Source of the DNA: Nanobdellota archaeon
GTDB taxonomy: Archaea > Nanobdellota > Nanobdellia > Parvarchaeales > Parvarchaeaceae
Length of the DNA: 64,000 bases
Assembly: GCA_021799085.1 (NCBI GenBank)
Contig: JAJZBD010000006.1
Location: 13,477 to 77,476, forward strand
Reading direction: 5' to 3'
The position numbers were made by a program, and so were the translations under genes. Under the pieces are notes generated by a model. It was not told the origin of the DNA. It saw only the letters and a list, made by a program, of their open reading frames with translations, and ran no database searches. Positions within the stretch are counted from its first letter, which is position 1. Each line of letters begins with the position of its first letter. Shown piece by piece: positions 49,506 to 58,571 of the stretch.

Positions 49506-49934
49506 TTACTTTTTCTCAATCTGCTTTTTTAATTCCTCTAACTGCTGTGAAAGCAAAATCGTTTGGCCGGAAAAAATCTTTATCCTTTGGTCCATCTCAT
49601 TCATCCTTCCCGAAAGGTCGTTTAATAATGCCTGCAAGTCCGTAATGGAAAGCTTCGTGTCCTTTGTCGTTAACACTTCTATTGAAGAGGGAGCATAATC
49701 CATTACAAAACCGAATAAGTCTACAACATTACCTTTGATCTTAAAGTCTGCAAAAGATGAATAGAAGCCGTCCTTTACTTCCTGCGGCTCTGCGTATTTT
49801 TCCTCCTTTATTTCTAATTTCTTTCCGTTTTCCTCAATGTTTGAAAGTATTTTTTTCAATGAATCAATCACTGCCTCTTTCGGCTTCCCAAGCAGCTCTA
49901 TCGTGCATTTTAGTTCTATATCATCTTCTGCCAT
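49506..49934 (-). CDS. Hypothetical protein with C-terminal coiled coil
   Basis: IELLGKPKE, YSSFA, DYAPSSIEV, then heptad tail; looks like a conserved archaeal family, function unknown. Confidence 0.75.
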   Translation of the reverse strand: MAEDDIELKCTIELLGKPKEAVIDSLKKILSNIEENGKKLEIKEEKYAEPQEVKDGFYSSFADFKIKGNVVDLFGFVMDYAPSSIEVLTTKDTKLSITDLQALLNDLSGRMNEMDQRIKIFSGQTILLSQQLEELKKQIEKK

Positions 49935-50002
49935 GTTTATTTTAAATTAGCAACCTATTTAACATTTTTACTTGCTTTTTTTATTGTTGATGAAAACAAA
50001 AA

Positions 50003-50734
50003 TCATCGCAAACCTTGAATGGAAAGCTTTATTTCATTTAACATGATTTCAGCATCTGGCTGGTATAAAATGTCTATGCTCTCTTTTCTATAATACTTTA
50101 TGTTCTTGAGCATAAACTCAATTTGATTAACGGCGTAAGAGAATAAATCGATTTTATTCAGCTTACCTATTTTCTTTATGTATTCCTTATATCTATTCTT
50201 GTTTTCCAACACCTTAAATCCCCTCCATAAATCATATATGTCTTTTAGCATGTTCCTATCTGCCAATGCAAACGTTTTTTCAGCCATCAAATATTCGAGG
50301 CTGTATGAGGGAACAGCTAATGGCGGAATTAAATAACCAAGATAATAGAGTAAATCAAACAATTCTCTCTTTTCTGGCATCTCCAAAATTTCCTTGCTTT
50401 TGACGCCCCATATATCTATGTCAACGCCTTTGAATCTGAACTTGCACCTTTCTCTTTCATTGGATTTGCTTACAAGTACTGCTCCGAGCTTTGATATAAA
50501 ATCAAATGTTTCCTTGTAATTATAGCTAAACAAATCTATGTCATACGATAATCTTTGATATTTTCCAAAGTATATTTTGTTTAAGGCCGTTCCGCCATAA
50601 AGCCCTATGTTCTGATTGCTAATTTCAAGCTTTGGAAACAGTTCAGACATTACAGAATAAGTAGCTAAATCATCTTTTATTCGGGTAGAAGATATGCCTG
50701 TTTGTATTGCTATTTTATCCGCATCAAATTCCAT
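50003..50734 (-). CDS. AbiEii-family nucleotidyltransferase toxin (type IV TA)
   Basis: LYGGTAL...RLSYDID, AEK-x-x-A...R...KDIYDL. Confidence 0.9.
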   Translation of the reverse strand: MEFDADKIAIQTGISSTRIKDDLATYSVMSELFPKLEISNQNIGLYGGTALNKIYFGKYQRLSYDIDLFSYNYKETFDFISKLGAVLVSKSNERERCKFRFKGVDIDIWGVKSKEILEMPEKRELFDLLYYLGYLIPPLAVPSYSLEYLMAEKTFALADRNMLKDIYDLWRGFKVLENKNRYKEYIKKIGKLNKIDLFSYAVNQIEFMLKNIKYYRKESIDILYQPDAEIMLNEIKLSIQGLR

Positions 50735-51446
50735 TTTTCCACCTCCTCAAATTCAAGCTGTCAAATATTTTCCATTCTTTGTTGTAATTTGTGAAGCTAT
50801 GGTTAAACAAAAACGAAGGGCCGTTCTTGCTGTCGCTTATTGCTTTGATTTCTCTAATAAATTCTGCAGGCGCTATCCCTTCCAGTACATAACCTGCGCG
50901 CCTTACAACAGAAATGTTTGAATGCTTCACATAAGAAAAAAATTCCGCCCATTCCTCATTCTTCGTTTTCCTGTTGTTCAAAGCAACAAAAATTGATTGG
51001 AAGTCTGCATACTTTACTTTGTAGAGCATGTCAAAGAGGGTCTTCGGAAATGTTGAAACCAGTATCTCATTTCCATCTAATATCACTGACTGGGTTCCAT
51101 AAAAATGGTTTTTAATATTCACGTTTATTATTTTCTTGTCCAAGACCTTTATTGGTAAGTGATTTTTATAGGAGCACACATAAATTGTTCCCATTGTTTC
51201 GGTTTTCAACCCTAATAGATACAAAGCAGATGAAAATCCAATGTATCCGTTGAAGAACCTGCTTGCAATGTAAAACGGGTTATGGCTTTTTGAGTATATC
51301 CCCTTGCTAATCTTTATTATCTCTCCCTTTTTTTCCAGTTCCTTCAAAGCGTAATAAATTCTCTTGTAGCTTATTTTATTTTTTGACTTTAGAGAGCTTA
51401 AATTGAACATTTCTGGTAGATTTTCTTTGTTGATTAATTTTTGCAT
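50724..51446 (-). CDS. AbiEi-family antitoxin/regulator
   Basis: wHTH LEKKGEIIKISKGIY, GYIGFSSAL...GL, KTLFD, RRAGYVLE; overlaps the toxin start. Confidence 0.87.
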   Translation of the reverse strand: MQKLINKENLPEMFNLSSLKSKNKISYKRIYYALKELEKKGEIIKISKGIYSKSHNPFYIASRFFNGYIGFSSALYLLGLKTETMGTIYVCSYKNHLPIKVLDKKIINVNIKNHFYGTQSVILDGNEILVSTFPKTLFDMLYKVKYADFQSIFVALNNRKTKNEEWAEFFSYVKHSNISVVRRAGYVLEGIAPAEFIREIKAISDSKNGPSFLFNHSFTNYNKEWKIFDSLNLRRWKNGI

Positions 51447-51571
51447 AAATTACCTTTTTTGTCATTATAAAGAATAATAATCAATGTATATTTAAAAACT
51501 TTCTATCCACAAAAATCTAGTTACTATACTAAATAACGTAAATTTTTATATGTAGACTTTCAAATTATAGC

Positions 51572-52129
51572 ATGGATGATGACAAGATAGAAGCTCTTTT
51601 TAAGGAAGTTCTAAAGGAAATCGGTATTCAGGAAGGCACAGAAGTATTGAAGAATACTCCAAAAAGGATCGCTAGAGCTTACAAGGAAATATTTGCAGGA
51701 ATGGATGACGGCAATGAACCTAAGATAACACTTTTTAAAAACCCTGGCTACAACGACATACTTGCAGTAAAAGATATTCCATTCTATTCAATGTGCGAGC
51801 ACCATCTTCTGCCTTTCTTTGGAACAGTATCGATAGCATACATACCTGGAGATGAAATCTTGGGCCTGTCAAAGTTTCCAAGGATAACGAAGTTCTTTGC
51901 GGCTAAGCCGCAGGTACAGGAAAGACTGACAAAGGAAATAGCTAATTTTGTAAGTGAAAAAGTCAAAGCAAAAGGCGTTCTTGTAATAATAAAAGCAAGG
52001 CACATGTGCATGGAGATGCGCGGTGTCAAATCGTTAAATGCAGAGACCAGAAGCTCTGCTATCCGAGGAGTATTCAAGGAGAGCAAGGAAACAAGAGAGG
52101 AAGCTCTAAAACTTTTATTGGAAGGTTAG
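51572..52129 (+). CDS. folE: GTP cyclohydrolase I
   Basis: TPKRIARAY, SMCEHHLLPF, GLSK, QVQERLT, HMCMEMRGV. Confidence 0.97.
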   Translation: MDDDKIEALFKEVLKEIGIQEGTEVLKNTPKRIARAYKEIFAGMDDGNEPKITLFKNPGYNDILAVKDIPFYSMCEHHLLPFFGTVSIAYIPGDEILGLSKFPRITKFFAAKPQVQERLTKEIANFVSEKVKAKGVLVIIKARHMCMEMRGVKSLNAETRSSAIRGVFKESKETREEALKLLLEG

Positions 52130-52645
52130 ATGTCAATCAACGTAGCAGTTTACATGCATGTCTCAATTAATGGCATGATCGCTAGATTGGACAACAGCGA
52201 TTTTTCATCTGAGCTTGCCAGATCTGATTTCCTAAAGACGATTAAAAGGTACAAGGTAAATGTCATAGGCAGAAACACCTTTAACACAGCTTCAAAAAGC
52301 AATGGTTTTCCTTTGGATGGATTGAATATAGTCGTAACTAAACACGGGATAAAGCTGAAAAAGGAATGGAAAAATGTTATAGTAACTGACAAAAAGCCAA
52401 AAGAGATAATAAAAATAATAGAAAGCAGGGGTTACAAAAATGCGATGGTTGCAGGAGGAAAGCTGGCCACAAGCTTTTTGAAGGAAGGCCTGGTAAACGA
52501 AATTTATCTAAATGTAGAACCCATTGTTTTCGGCAAAGGCATCCCAATATTTGCAAACGAAAACTTTGAAAAGAACCTTAGGCTGTTGCAGGTAAAAAAG
52601 TTTTCAAAGAACGAAGTCAGACTGCACTACAAGGTCTTGAATTAG
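52130..52645 (+). CDS. Dihydrofolate reductase / RibD C-terminal family
   Basis: SINGMIAR, IGRNTF, VAGG, GLVNEIYL-x-VEPIVFGKGIPIF, V-x-LHY. Confidence 0.88.
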   Translation: MSINVAVYMHVSINGMIARLDNSDFSSELARSDFLKTIKRYKVNVIGRNTFNTASKSNGFPLDGLNIVVTKHGIKLKKEWKNVIVTDKKPKEIIKIIESRGYKNAMVAGGKLATSFLKEGLVNEIYLNVEPIVFGKGIPIFANENFEKNLRLLQVKKFSKNEVRLHYKVLN

Positions 52646-52864
52646 AATAAAGATAATAACGTAAGACTGGTATATTTAGAATGTATGCGATACACTTATT
52701 TCAACAAAATTAATGTATCATGATACACTAATTTTATATGGGCTCATTTAATCTCTAAAATACACTTTTCACGGAATTAGCGTATATTTACATACTTCTG
52801 TCTATTTGGCAACAAAAAGAATATAAACATGCAAGCAGACCACTGCTGGAGGGTAAGAAGGAAT

Positions 52865-52906
52865 ATGTTTAGTTAATATAAACATATGATTAATAAATAT
52901 AAACAC
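52865..52906 (+). promoter_or_regulatory. Tandem palindromic operator pair abutting the second HTH-MNT start
   Basis: ATGTTTA-N7-TAAACAT (52865-52885) then ATGATTA-N7-TAAACAC (52886-52906), then ATG at 52907. Confidence 0.68.
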
Positions 52907-53479
52907 ATGTTTATGTATTTAGATATATTAAATTTACTGTTTTCAAACTACAATGCACTAATAAATGTAAGAGAAGTAACGAGGAAACTAAAATTGAATC
53001 CGGCTACAGCAAGTTTATTAGTTAAAGAGTTATATGACCGTGGTCTAATAAAATACGCTGAAAGTGGCCGTTCAAAAATATTAAAGCTTAACATTGAAAA
53101 TAGTGAGTTGATAGACTTCTTATCCATTGCAGAGACCTACAAAAAAATCAAGTTTATAGATCAGTTTTCCTTTAACCAGTTTTTCAAGATATTGAAATTT
53201 GATGAGAATTTGGACATTGTAATTATATTTGGTAGCTATGCAAGAGGTGATTATTCAAAAGACAGCGACTTAGACCTTCTTGTTATTTCAAAACATAAAG
53301 AGCAGTTACCATCATACGTTTTGCCCATTAAATTGCATGAGATAAGCATGACAAAAGAAACGTTTCTAGAAAACCTTGAAAATGGAAATGAAGTTATTAA
53401 AGAGATAATAAAAAACCACATAACAATAAAGGGAGCAGAGACGTTCTTACAAACTATAGTTAAAAACTATGGAAACTAA
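52907..53479 (+). CDS. wHTH plus MNT antitoxin (second copy)
   Basis: LNPATASLLVKEL HTH; IIFGSYARG...DSDLDLLVI; start 52907 or 52913 by comparison with the 33626 paralog. Confidence 0.9.
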   Translation: MFMYLDILNLLFSNYNALINVREVTRKLKLNPATASLLVKELYDRGLIKYAESGRSKILKLNIENSELIDFLSIAETYKKIKFIDQFSFNQFFKILKFDENLDIVIIFGSYARGDYSKDSDLDLLVISKHKEQLPSYVLPIKLHEISMTKETFLENLENGNEVIKEIIKNHITIKGAETFLQTIVKNYGN

Positions 53480-53941
53480 AATCATTTGGTGCTTTAAAAA
53501 GGCAGGTACAAAGATAATAGACCCAAACGAGAACATGCAGTCGTCTTTCACGAAATTGGCCATTCAAACATTGAAATCTGCTGAAATAACACTTAACCAG
53601 AAAGATTTTGTGTGGGCTACATCGATGATATACTACGCAGAATATTATGCACTTTATTCTTTGCTGTTAAAGATAGGAATAAAATGCGAAAATCATGAAT
53701 GTTCACTTGAAATTGCCGATTTCTTACAGGGAAATTAATTAATTTTGAAGGCATAAAAAGAGCTAAGAAACTTAGAATAGACGCACAATATTATTCGAAG
53801 ACAGAGAATGACGATGAATTACAAAAAGAGCTTAAAAATGCTAAAACCATCGTAAATGATATTATTAATATAATTAGCAAACCCAGCGCCAAGGAAATAA
53901 AAGAATACAGAAACAGATTATTAAAGCTAATTGAAAGTTGA
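53469..53941 (+). CDS. HEPN toxin split by a -1 frameshift at 53729-53735 (157 aa if joined)
   Basis: Frame 0 YYAEYYALYSLL...GIKCENHEC stops at 53738; the -1 frame continues LINFEGIKRAKKLRIDAQYY...LIES to TGA at 53941. Confidence 0.8.
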
Positions 53942-54048
53942 AAATATAGAGTACGACGCTAATTTCTATTTAAGGCGTATTTTCAAAGCAAAACTTGGTA
54001 CATTTAGTTTAATAAAATTAATTTATCGTAATACATTGAGTGGGTTGT

Positions 54049-55319
54049 TCATTTAATCTTTAGAAGCCATTTCCATAATGGAATAAACTTAACCTTCTTT
54101 CCTTCTATTTTTTCCTCTGCTTCGTAGTCCCAGGTTATGACCAAGAGATTATTGCAATGTAGGTCTTCGGAAGCAATGATAAGATTCTTTATTTCTCTTT
54201 CATTTATAGCTTGTCTATCTGGTGCATATATAACTTGTATTAGCTCTGTGATTTTACTCCTATCTTTCAATACAAAGTCAACTTCTCTTTGCTGGTAATC
54301 TTTCCAATAAAAAACATCATAATCCTCTTTTTGTCTTAACAATTCTAGAAAAACTATGTTCTCCATCTGTCTCCCATACTCATTTTTGCCGGAAGTATTG
54401 ACAAAACCATTATCATTCAGATATACTTTTTTAACAGACAAAGAAGATTTTCTCAATGAATACGAAAAGCGCGGGACGAAAAAACAGAAAAAAGCGTCCT
54501 CAAATAATTGTACATATGAGTATACACTCTTTTGACTCACATGTATGCCCATACTTTTTAGGGTTTTGTATTGTTTGCTTATTGAGAACTCTTTCCCAAA
54601 TGCGGACAAAATTGAGTTCATAATAATCTTTACGACTGGTATGTTTCTTATTCCAAACCTTTCGGTTAAATCCTTAAAGACCACTAAATCCAGATACTGC
54701 CTAAAGAACTGTACGGGTCTTGCATTACCGAACACTATGTCTGGAAACCCGCCGTTGGCTAGATAATTTGATAGTTCATACTTTATGCTGCTGCTCCTTT
54801 CACTCGACAGGGGTGGCAAGAAATCTATACTCTTTGTTCTTAGCAACTCCTTAAAAGATAATGGAAGAACCATTAATGGCAGAGATCTTCCACGCAACGA
54901 AGTCGCTATTTCCTTGCTAAGTAATTTAGACGAAGAACCTGTGATGACTATTTTATATCGTTTTTTCTCGAAAAGAGTGTAGACAAAACGTTCCCAGTCT
55001 TTCAAATTTTGAACTTCATCTAAAAATAGATAAGTAGGCTCTCTGCCATATATCTCCTTTGATAAATATGGTAACTTTAATAGTTCTTCCCGCCTAAAAC
55101 TTATAGTTTCCTCATCTTCGAAGTTTATAAATAAATACTCCTCTGGTTTAAGTGATTTTTCTTTTATAAATTCAAAAATTAAGTAGGTTTTCCCTGCACG
55201 CCTAGGCCCTATTATAGTGGTAATAAAATTTATAGTAGGTTCTAATTTTAGCCCACGAACCTTTACATCCAATGAACCAATGTCCTGCTTTTTGTTAGGA
55301 TATAGGTTTTTATATCCAT
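54049..55319 (-). CDS. AAA14 ATPase with DUF4143/PD-(D/E)XK-like C-terminus; probable true start 55319 is one base out of frame
   Basis: GPRRAGKT, FLDEVQ, TGSSS, GGFP, KKVYLND, ENIVF, EVDFV...LIQV; MDIKTYILTK joins KQDIGSLDVKVR by adding one A to the A5 run at 55293-55289. Confidence 0.85.
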
Positions 55320-55548
55320 AGTAGTATGGGGGGGGTAATGATTATATTTAAAGTTTACCCCTATAATTAGGTATTTCCCTTAGAGATTTCTTAAACAGGG
55401 AAACTACTTAGATATTATGTCCCCTTATAAATTCAATATATCTACCTTATGTGCTATCTAGAAACGCCAAACCGGAGTTAAGGTAGAATCTTTCATTTTT
55501 TATTGAAATACTTAGGAGTATTTGAAATTGAAATCACCACACTGAAAA

Positions 55549-55619
55549 TGCGCCAACCGGGATTCGCACCCGGGTCGCTGGCTTGGGAAGCCAGAGTTAT
55601 GCTGCTAGACTATTGGCGC
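55549..55619 (-). tRNA. tRNA-Gly(CCC) with atypical D- and T-loops
   Basis: Acceptor GCGCCAA/TTGGCGC-A; anticodon arm CTGGC-TTCCCAA-GCCAG; T-loop TGCGAAT; D-loop lacks GG. Confidence 0.9.
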
Positions 55620-55653
55620 TTTTTGACATGCATATAGGTTATCTATTAAAATA

Positions 55654-55821
55654 TTATACTTTCTCTGCTTTCAATGCAAGGATTCTTTTAAAAAGCCATG
55701 TAAAGCTTCTTTTTACCTGCATACCGGAGACTAGTATACTTGTCTGCAATGCTATAGACAAAACAACAAATGCTATTACAAGCACGTTTGCAAATCCATC
55801 GACTTTTTCTCTTAAATGCAT
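55654..55821 (-). CDS. Small single-TM protein (55 aa), not in the ORF track
   Basis: MHLREKVDGFANVLVIAFVVLSIALQTSILVSGMQVKRSFTWLLKRILALKAEKV; fills the gap between tRNA-Gly and 55898. Confidence 0.5.
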   Translation of the reverse strand: MHLREKVDGFANVLVIAFVVLSIALQTSILVSGMQVKRSFTWLFKRILALKAEKV

Positions 55822-55897
55822 ATTAATCTATGATATACTGCAATTAAAAAGCTTAAAATCCTTAAACTTTTATATACATGTATAATAATTAATTAAT

Positions 55898-56416
55898 ATG
55901 GCACTTTTCAAGAAGAAAAAGGAAGAACCCGTGAACCCCTATTATCAGGAAAGCAACCTTAGGCCTGTTGCGCCTGAGAATCCTCCTCAAAATGCTAACC
56001 AGCAGAATGCGGTACAGCAGCCTGCTGTCCAAAATACTGCAGAACAGCAGGTGCAAGCCAATACGCAGCAGCAAAAGCAGAATTATTCCATTCCTCTTAT
56101 ACCTGTTCCAAGCGTAAAGATACCTGACATTAACCTGCAGCCTGTAAGATCCGCAGGGATAAGTGTATTAGATGCATTAAGGCTGGAATCAAACAGCAAA
56201 TCTATAGCATTCATAAAGATGAGCGATTTCAAAAAAGTCCTTGACGACATAAAGGAATTGGAAAAGAGGATAACGCAGTCACAAGTAGACTTGGAGAATT
56301 ACTCAAAGGCATTGGATACACAAAGAGAATACGTAAAGAATTACAACCTACTTATACAGGATATGAGAAAAATGATGGAAAGGATGTCAACATATCTTTC
56401 AAACGTAGAGGAGTAA
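55898..56416 (+). CDS. Hypothetical protein: Q/N/P-rich linker plus C-terminal coiled coil
   Basis: MALFKKKKEE, low-complexity Q-rich segment, FIKMSDFKKVLDDI then heptads. Confidence 0.75.
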   Translation: MALFKKKKEEPVNPYYQESNLRPVAPENPPQNANQQNAVQQPAVQNTAEQQVQANTQQQKQNYSIPLIPVPSVKIPDINLQPVRSAGISVLDALRLESNSKSIAFIKMSDFKKVLDDIKELEKRITQSQVDLENYSKALDTQREYVKNYNLLIQDMRKMMERMSTYLSNVEE

Positions 56417-56417
56417 A

Positions 56418-56753
56418 TTGACAAAAGAAGAAATAGACATTGACCTTTTCAGGAAGCTTGACCTGAAAGTCGGAAAGATACTTGAAGCTGAAGACGTGGA
56501 AAAAAGCAGCAAGCTCATAAAACTAAGGGTTTCTTTGGGAGACAGAGAAAAAACCATACTTAGCGGCATAAGGAAAGAGTACAAAAGCAGCGATTTGATG
56601 GGTAAGAAGATAATAATAATTGATAACCTAAAGCCGGCAATGATCATGGGGCTGCAATCTCAGGGCATGCTTTTAGCTGCTTCAGATGAAGAAGGAAACC
56701 TTTCTCTTTTAACGGTTGACAAGGACATAAAGGAAGGCAGCTCTATCTCCTAG
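56418..56753 (+). CDS. Stand-alone tRNA-binding OB protein (MetRS C-domain / Trbp111-like)
   Basis: F-x-KLDLKVGKI, KLIKLRV-x-LG, ILSGI, NLKPA-x-IMG-x-x-SQGMLLAA; TTG start. Confidence 0.9.
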   Translation: MTKEEIDIDLFRKLDLKVGKILEAEDVEKSSKLIKLRVSLGDREKTILSGIRKEYKSSDLMGKKIIIIDNLKPAMIMGLQSQGMLLAASDEEGNLSLLTVDKDIKEGSSIS

Positions 56754-58516
56754 GCAAAGCCCTTTTCCCTTATCACAGATATGGGATCGCTGTCCACAGC
56801 AATAGTATCGTTCGGCAGGTATTTCTTGAATATTGGCGTGTCATACCTTGAATCCATGAGCACTATTGCGCACTTATCATTCTTTGACCTTATTCCTCTC
56901 CCGGCGGCCTGCATTACCTTTATCATTGTTGGAAGGACCTGCGCATACTCAAACCCGTTGCCCATTTTTTTGTCATAGTAGATCTGCATTGCCCTTAGCT
57001 TTATAGAAGGCGGCTCGAAAGGCACACCAACTATGCCTATCAGCTTTATCATGTTGTTCTTTATCCCTATGCTTTCCGAGAAATTTCCGTTCATCACTGC
57101 AAAAAGAACTGAGCTTGAAAGGGAAAGCTTTTCCATTATCTCGTTTTTCCTTTCCCTTTCCATCTTCTGCTCTTCCTTTATTACCCTTCCTTTTTCATTG
57201 ATCAAGGGATATATCCTTTCCATAAAGGAATAGGACGGAAAGAAGAATATCATGTTGTACTTTGCCTTCTCCATTATATCATTTATTGAATCTGCTATCC
57301 TGGAGTATTGCTCTTCCCTTGACGAAAATCTAGAGGTTACCTCTCTGTCTATTACCATTAGCCTGTTATCGCTTACGGCATCGCCCTTTACTTCCAAGCT
57401 TTCATGCCCCTCCAGACCAAGAAGGTTTGAAAACATCTCTATCGGCCTGAAAGTGCCGCTCATTAATATAGTAGAATAAAACGAATCTATAACCCCTTGG
57501 GAATAAATGGCCGGGTCCAATGAATTTACGTTTATCCTCCTGCCCTTTTCATCTATTGAAACGTATATTATGTCTTCTTCCTTGGCAGAGAGAAGCTTTT
57601 CCGTAAAGTTCTTCAGTATAAACGCCGCAGGTATGTTGTACCCTTTCTCATGGAATTTAACTATATCTTCCATTTTATCCAGGTCTGCTTCACTGAATAT
57701 GTCCCTTATATCTACTGCACTTTCATTTGTTGCTTTTCTTATCTCTGCTATTATCCTGTCTACCTTTACGGCAATGTCATTGTAGCCAGCAATGTTAGCT
57801 TCAGAATAAGCTTTTTCGAGGTTTCTCTGGGATATTGAAAAAGAGTTCATATCCAGAATTTTGGCAGGCAAGTTGTGCGCTTCATCAACTACAAGAACTG
57901 TACTTGCAGGATCTATGCCTGTCCTTATGGTAAAACCAAGCGCTATGCTTGGATCAAATGCATGCGAATAGTTTGCAACGACAACCGTTGATTGTTTTGC
58001 ATTAAGAAGGGAAAGCTCATATGGGCAAAGCTCAAATTCCTTTGCGGTCTCCATCACGCTTTTTGGGTCTGAGATATTTCCGGACAAAGCCTCTATTGCA
58101 GCAGGCTTGACATCCTTGCTTTTTGTAAACGTGTTGCTGTAAAAATCGCACATGTTCTGCTCCCTTACGGCCCTGCAGAACTCTATGAACAAAGACGGCT
58201 CAACGCTATTCTCAAAAAGGCACATCGACCTTTTTCCGTTTATGCCTGCAAAGCTTATCTTTTCGGATGAAGAATCGTTTATCCTCTTCATTGTGTCATA
58301 TACAATGTTTTGGTGCGTATGCTTTGCTGTCAAGAATAAAACCTTTAGGTTGTTTTCCTTTGCCGCCTTTACTGCTGCGTATAGAACGGCTGCCGTCTTT
58401 CCCATGCCTGTTGAAGCCTGTATTATAAGCTTTCCCCTTTCCCTTACCGTTTTTTCAACTGCATCGGCTATGTCTCTCTGCCCGCTTCTCATTGACTTGA
58501 AAGGAAATGAAATCAT
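56750..58516 (-). CDS. xpd: XPD/Rad3 Fe-S DNA helicase
   Basis: R-x-GQ Q-motif, ASTGMGKT, four Fe-S Cys ending in LCPY, VDEAHN, MSGT, FFPSY, QAAGRGIR. Confidence 0.93.
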   Translation of the reverse strand: MISFPFKSMRSGQRDIADAVEKTVRERGKLIIQASTGMGKTAAVLYAAVKAAKENNLKVLFLTAKHTHQNIVYDTMKRINDSSSEKISFAGINGKRSMCLFENSVEPSLFIEFCRAVREQNMCDFYSNTFTKSKDVKPAAIEALSGNISDPKSVMETAKEFELCPYELSLLNAKQSTVVVANYSHAFDPSIALGFTIRTGIDPASTVLVVDEAHNLPAKILDMNSFSISQRNLEKAYSEANIAGYNDIAVKVDRIIAEIRKATNESAVDIRDIFSEADLDKMEDIVKFHEKGYNIPAAFILKNFTEKLLSAKEEDIIYVSIDEKGRRINVNSLDPAIYSQGVIDSFYSTILMSGTFRPIEMFSNLLGLEGHESLEVKGDAVSDNRLMVIDREVTSRFSSREEQYSRIADSINDIMEKAKYNMIFFFPSYSFMERIYPLINEKGRVIKEEQKMERERKNEIMEKLSLSSSVLFAVMNGNFSESIGIKNNMIKLIGIVGVPFEPPSIKLRAMQIYYDKKMGNGFEYAQVLPTMIKVMQAAGRGIRSKNDKCAIVLMDSRYDTPIFKKYLPNDTIAVDSDPISVIREKGFA

Positions 58517-58571
58517 ATTCTTTACTCTAATTCGCTACTAAAATACGTTCACATTTCATAAAACATTCTTC

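Noticed and set aside
52886-52906. ORF-track start of the second MNT at 52886
   Set aside because: This ATG is part of operator unit 2; alignment with the paralog supports 52907 or 52913.
53732-53745. Palindrome AAATTAATTAATTT as a frameshift stimulator
   Set aside because: AT-only and overlapping the slippery site rather than 5-9 nt downstream; too weak to count as support.
55465-55475. CGCCAAACCGG resembling the tRNA-Gly 3' end (second att site)
   Set aside because: About 10 matching bases with an indel, only ~80 bp from the tRNA; could be chance. No matching repeat seen near 49950-50000.
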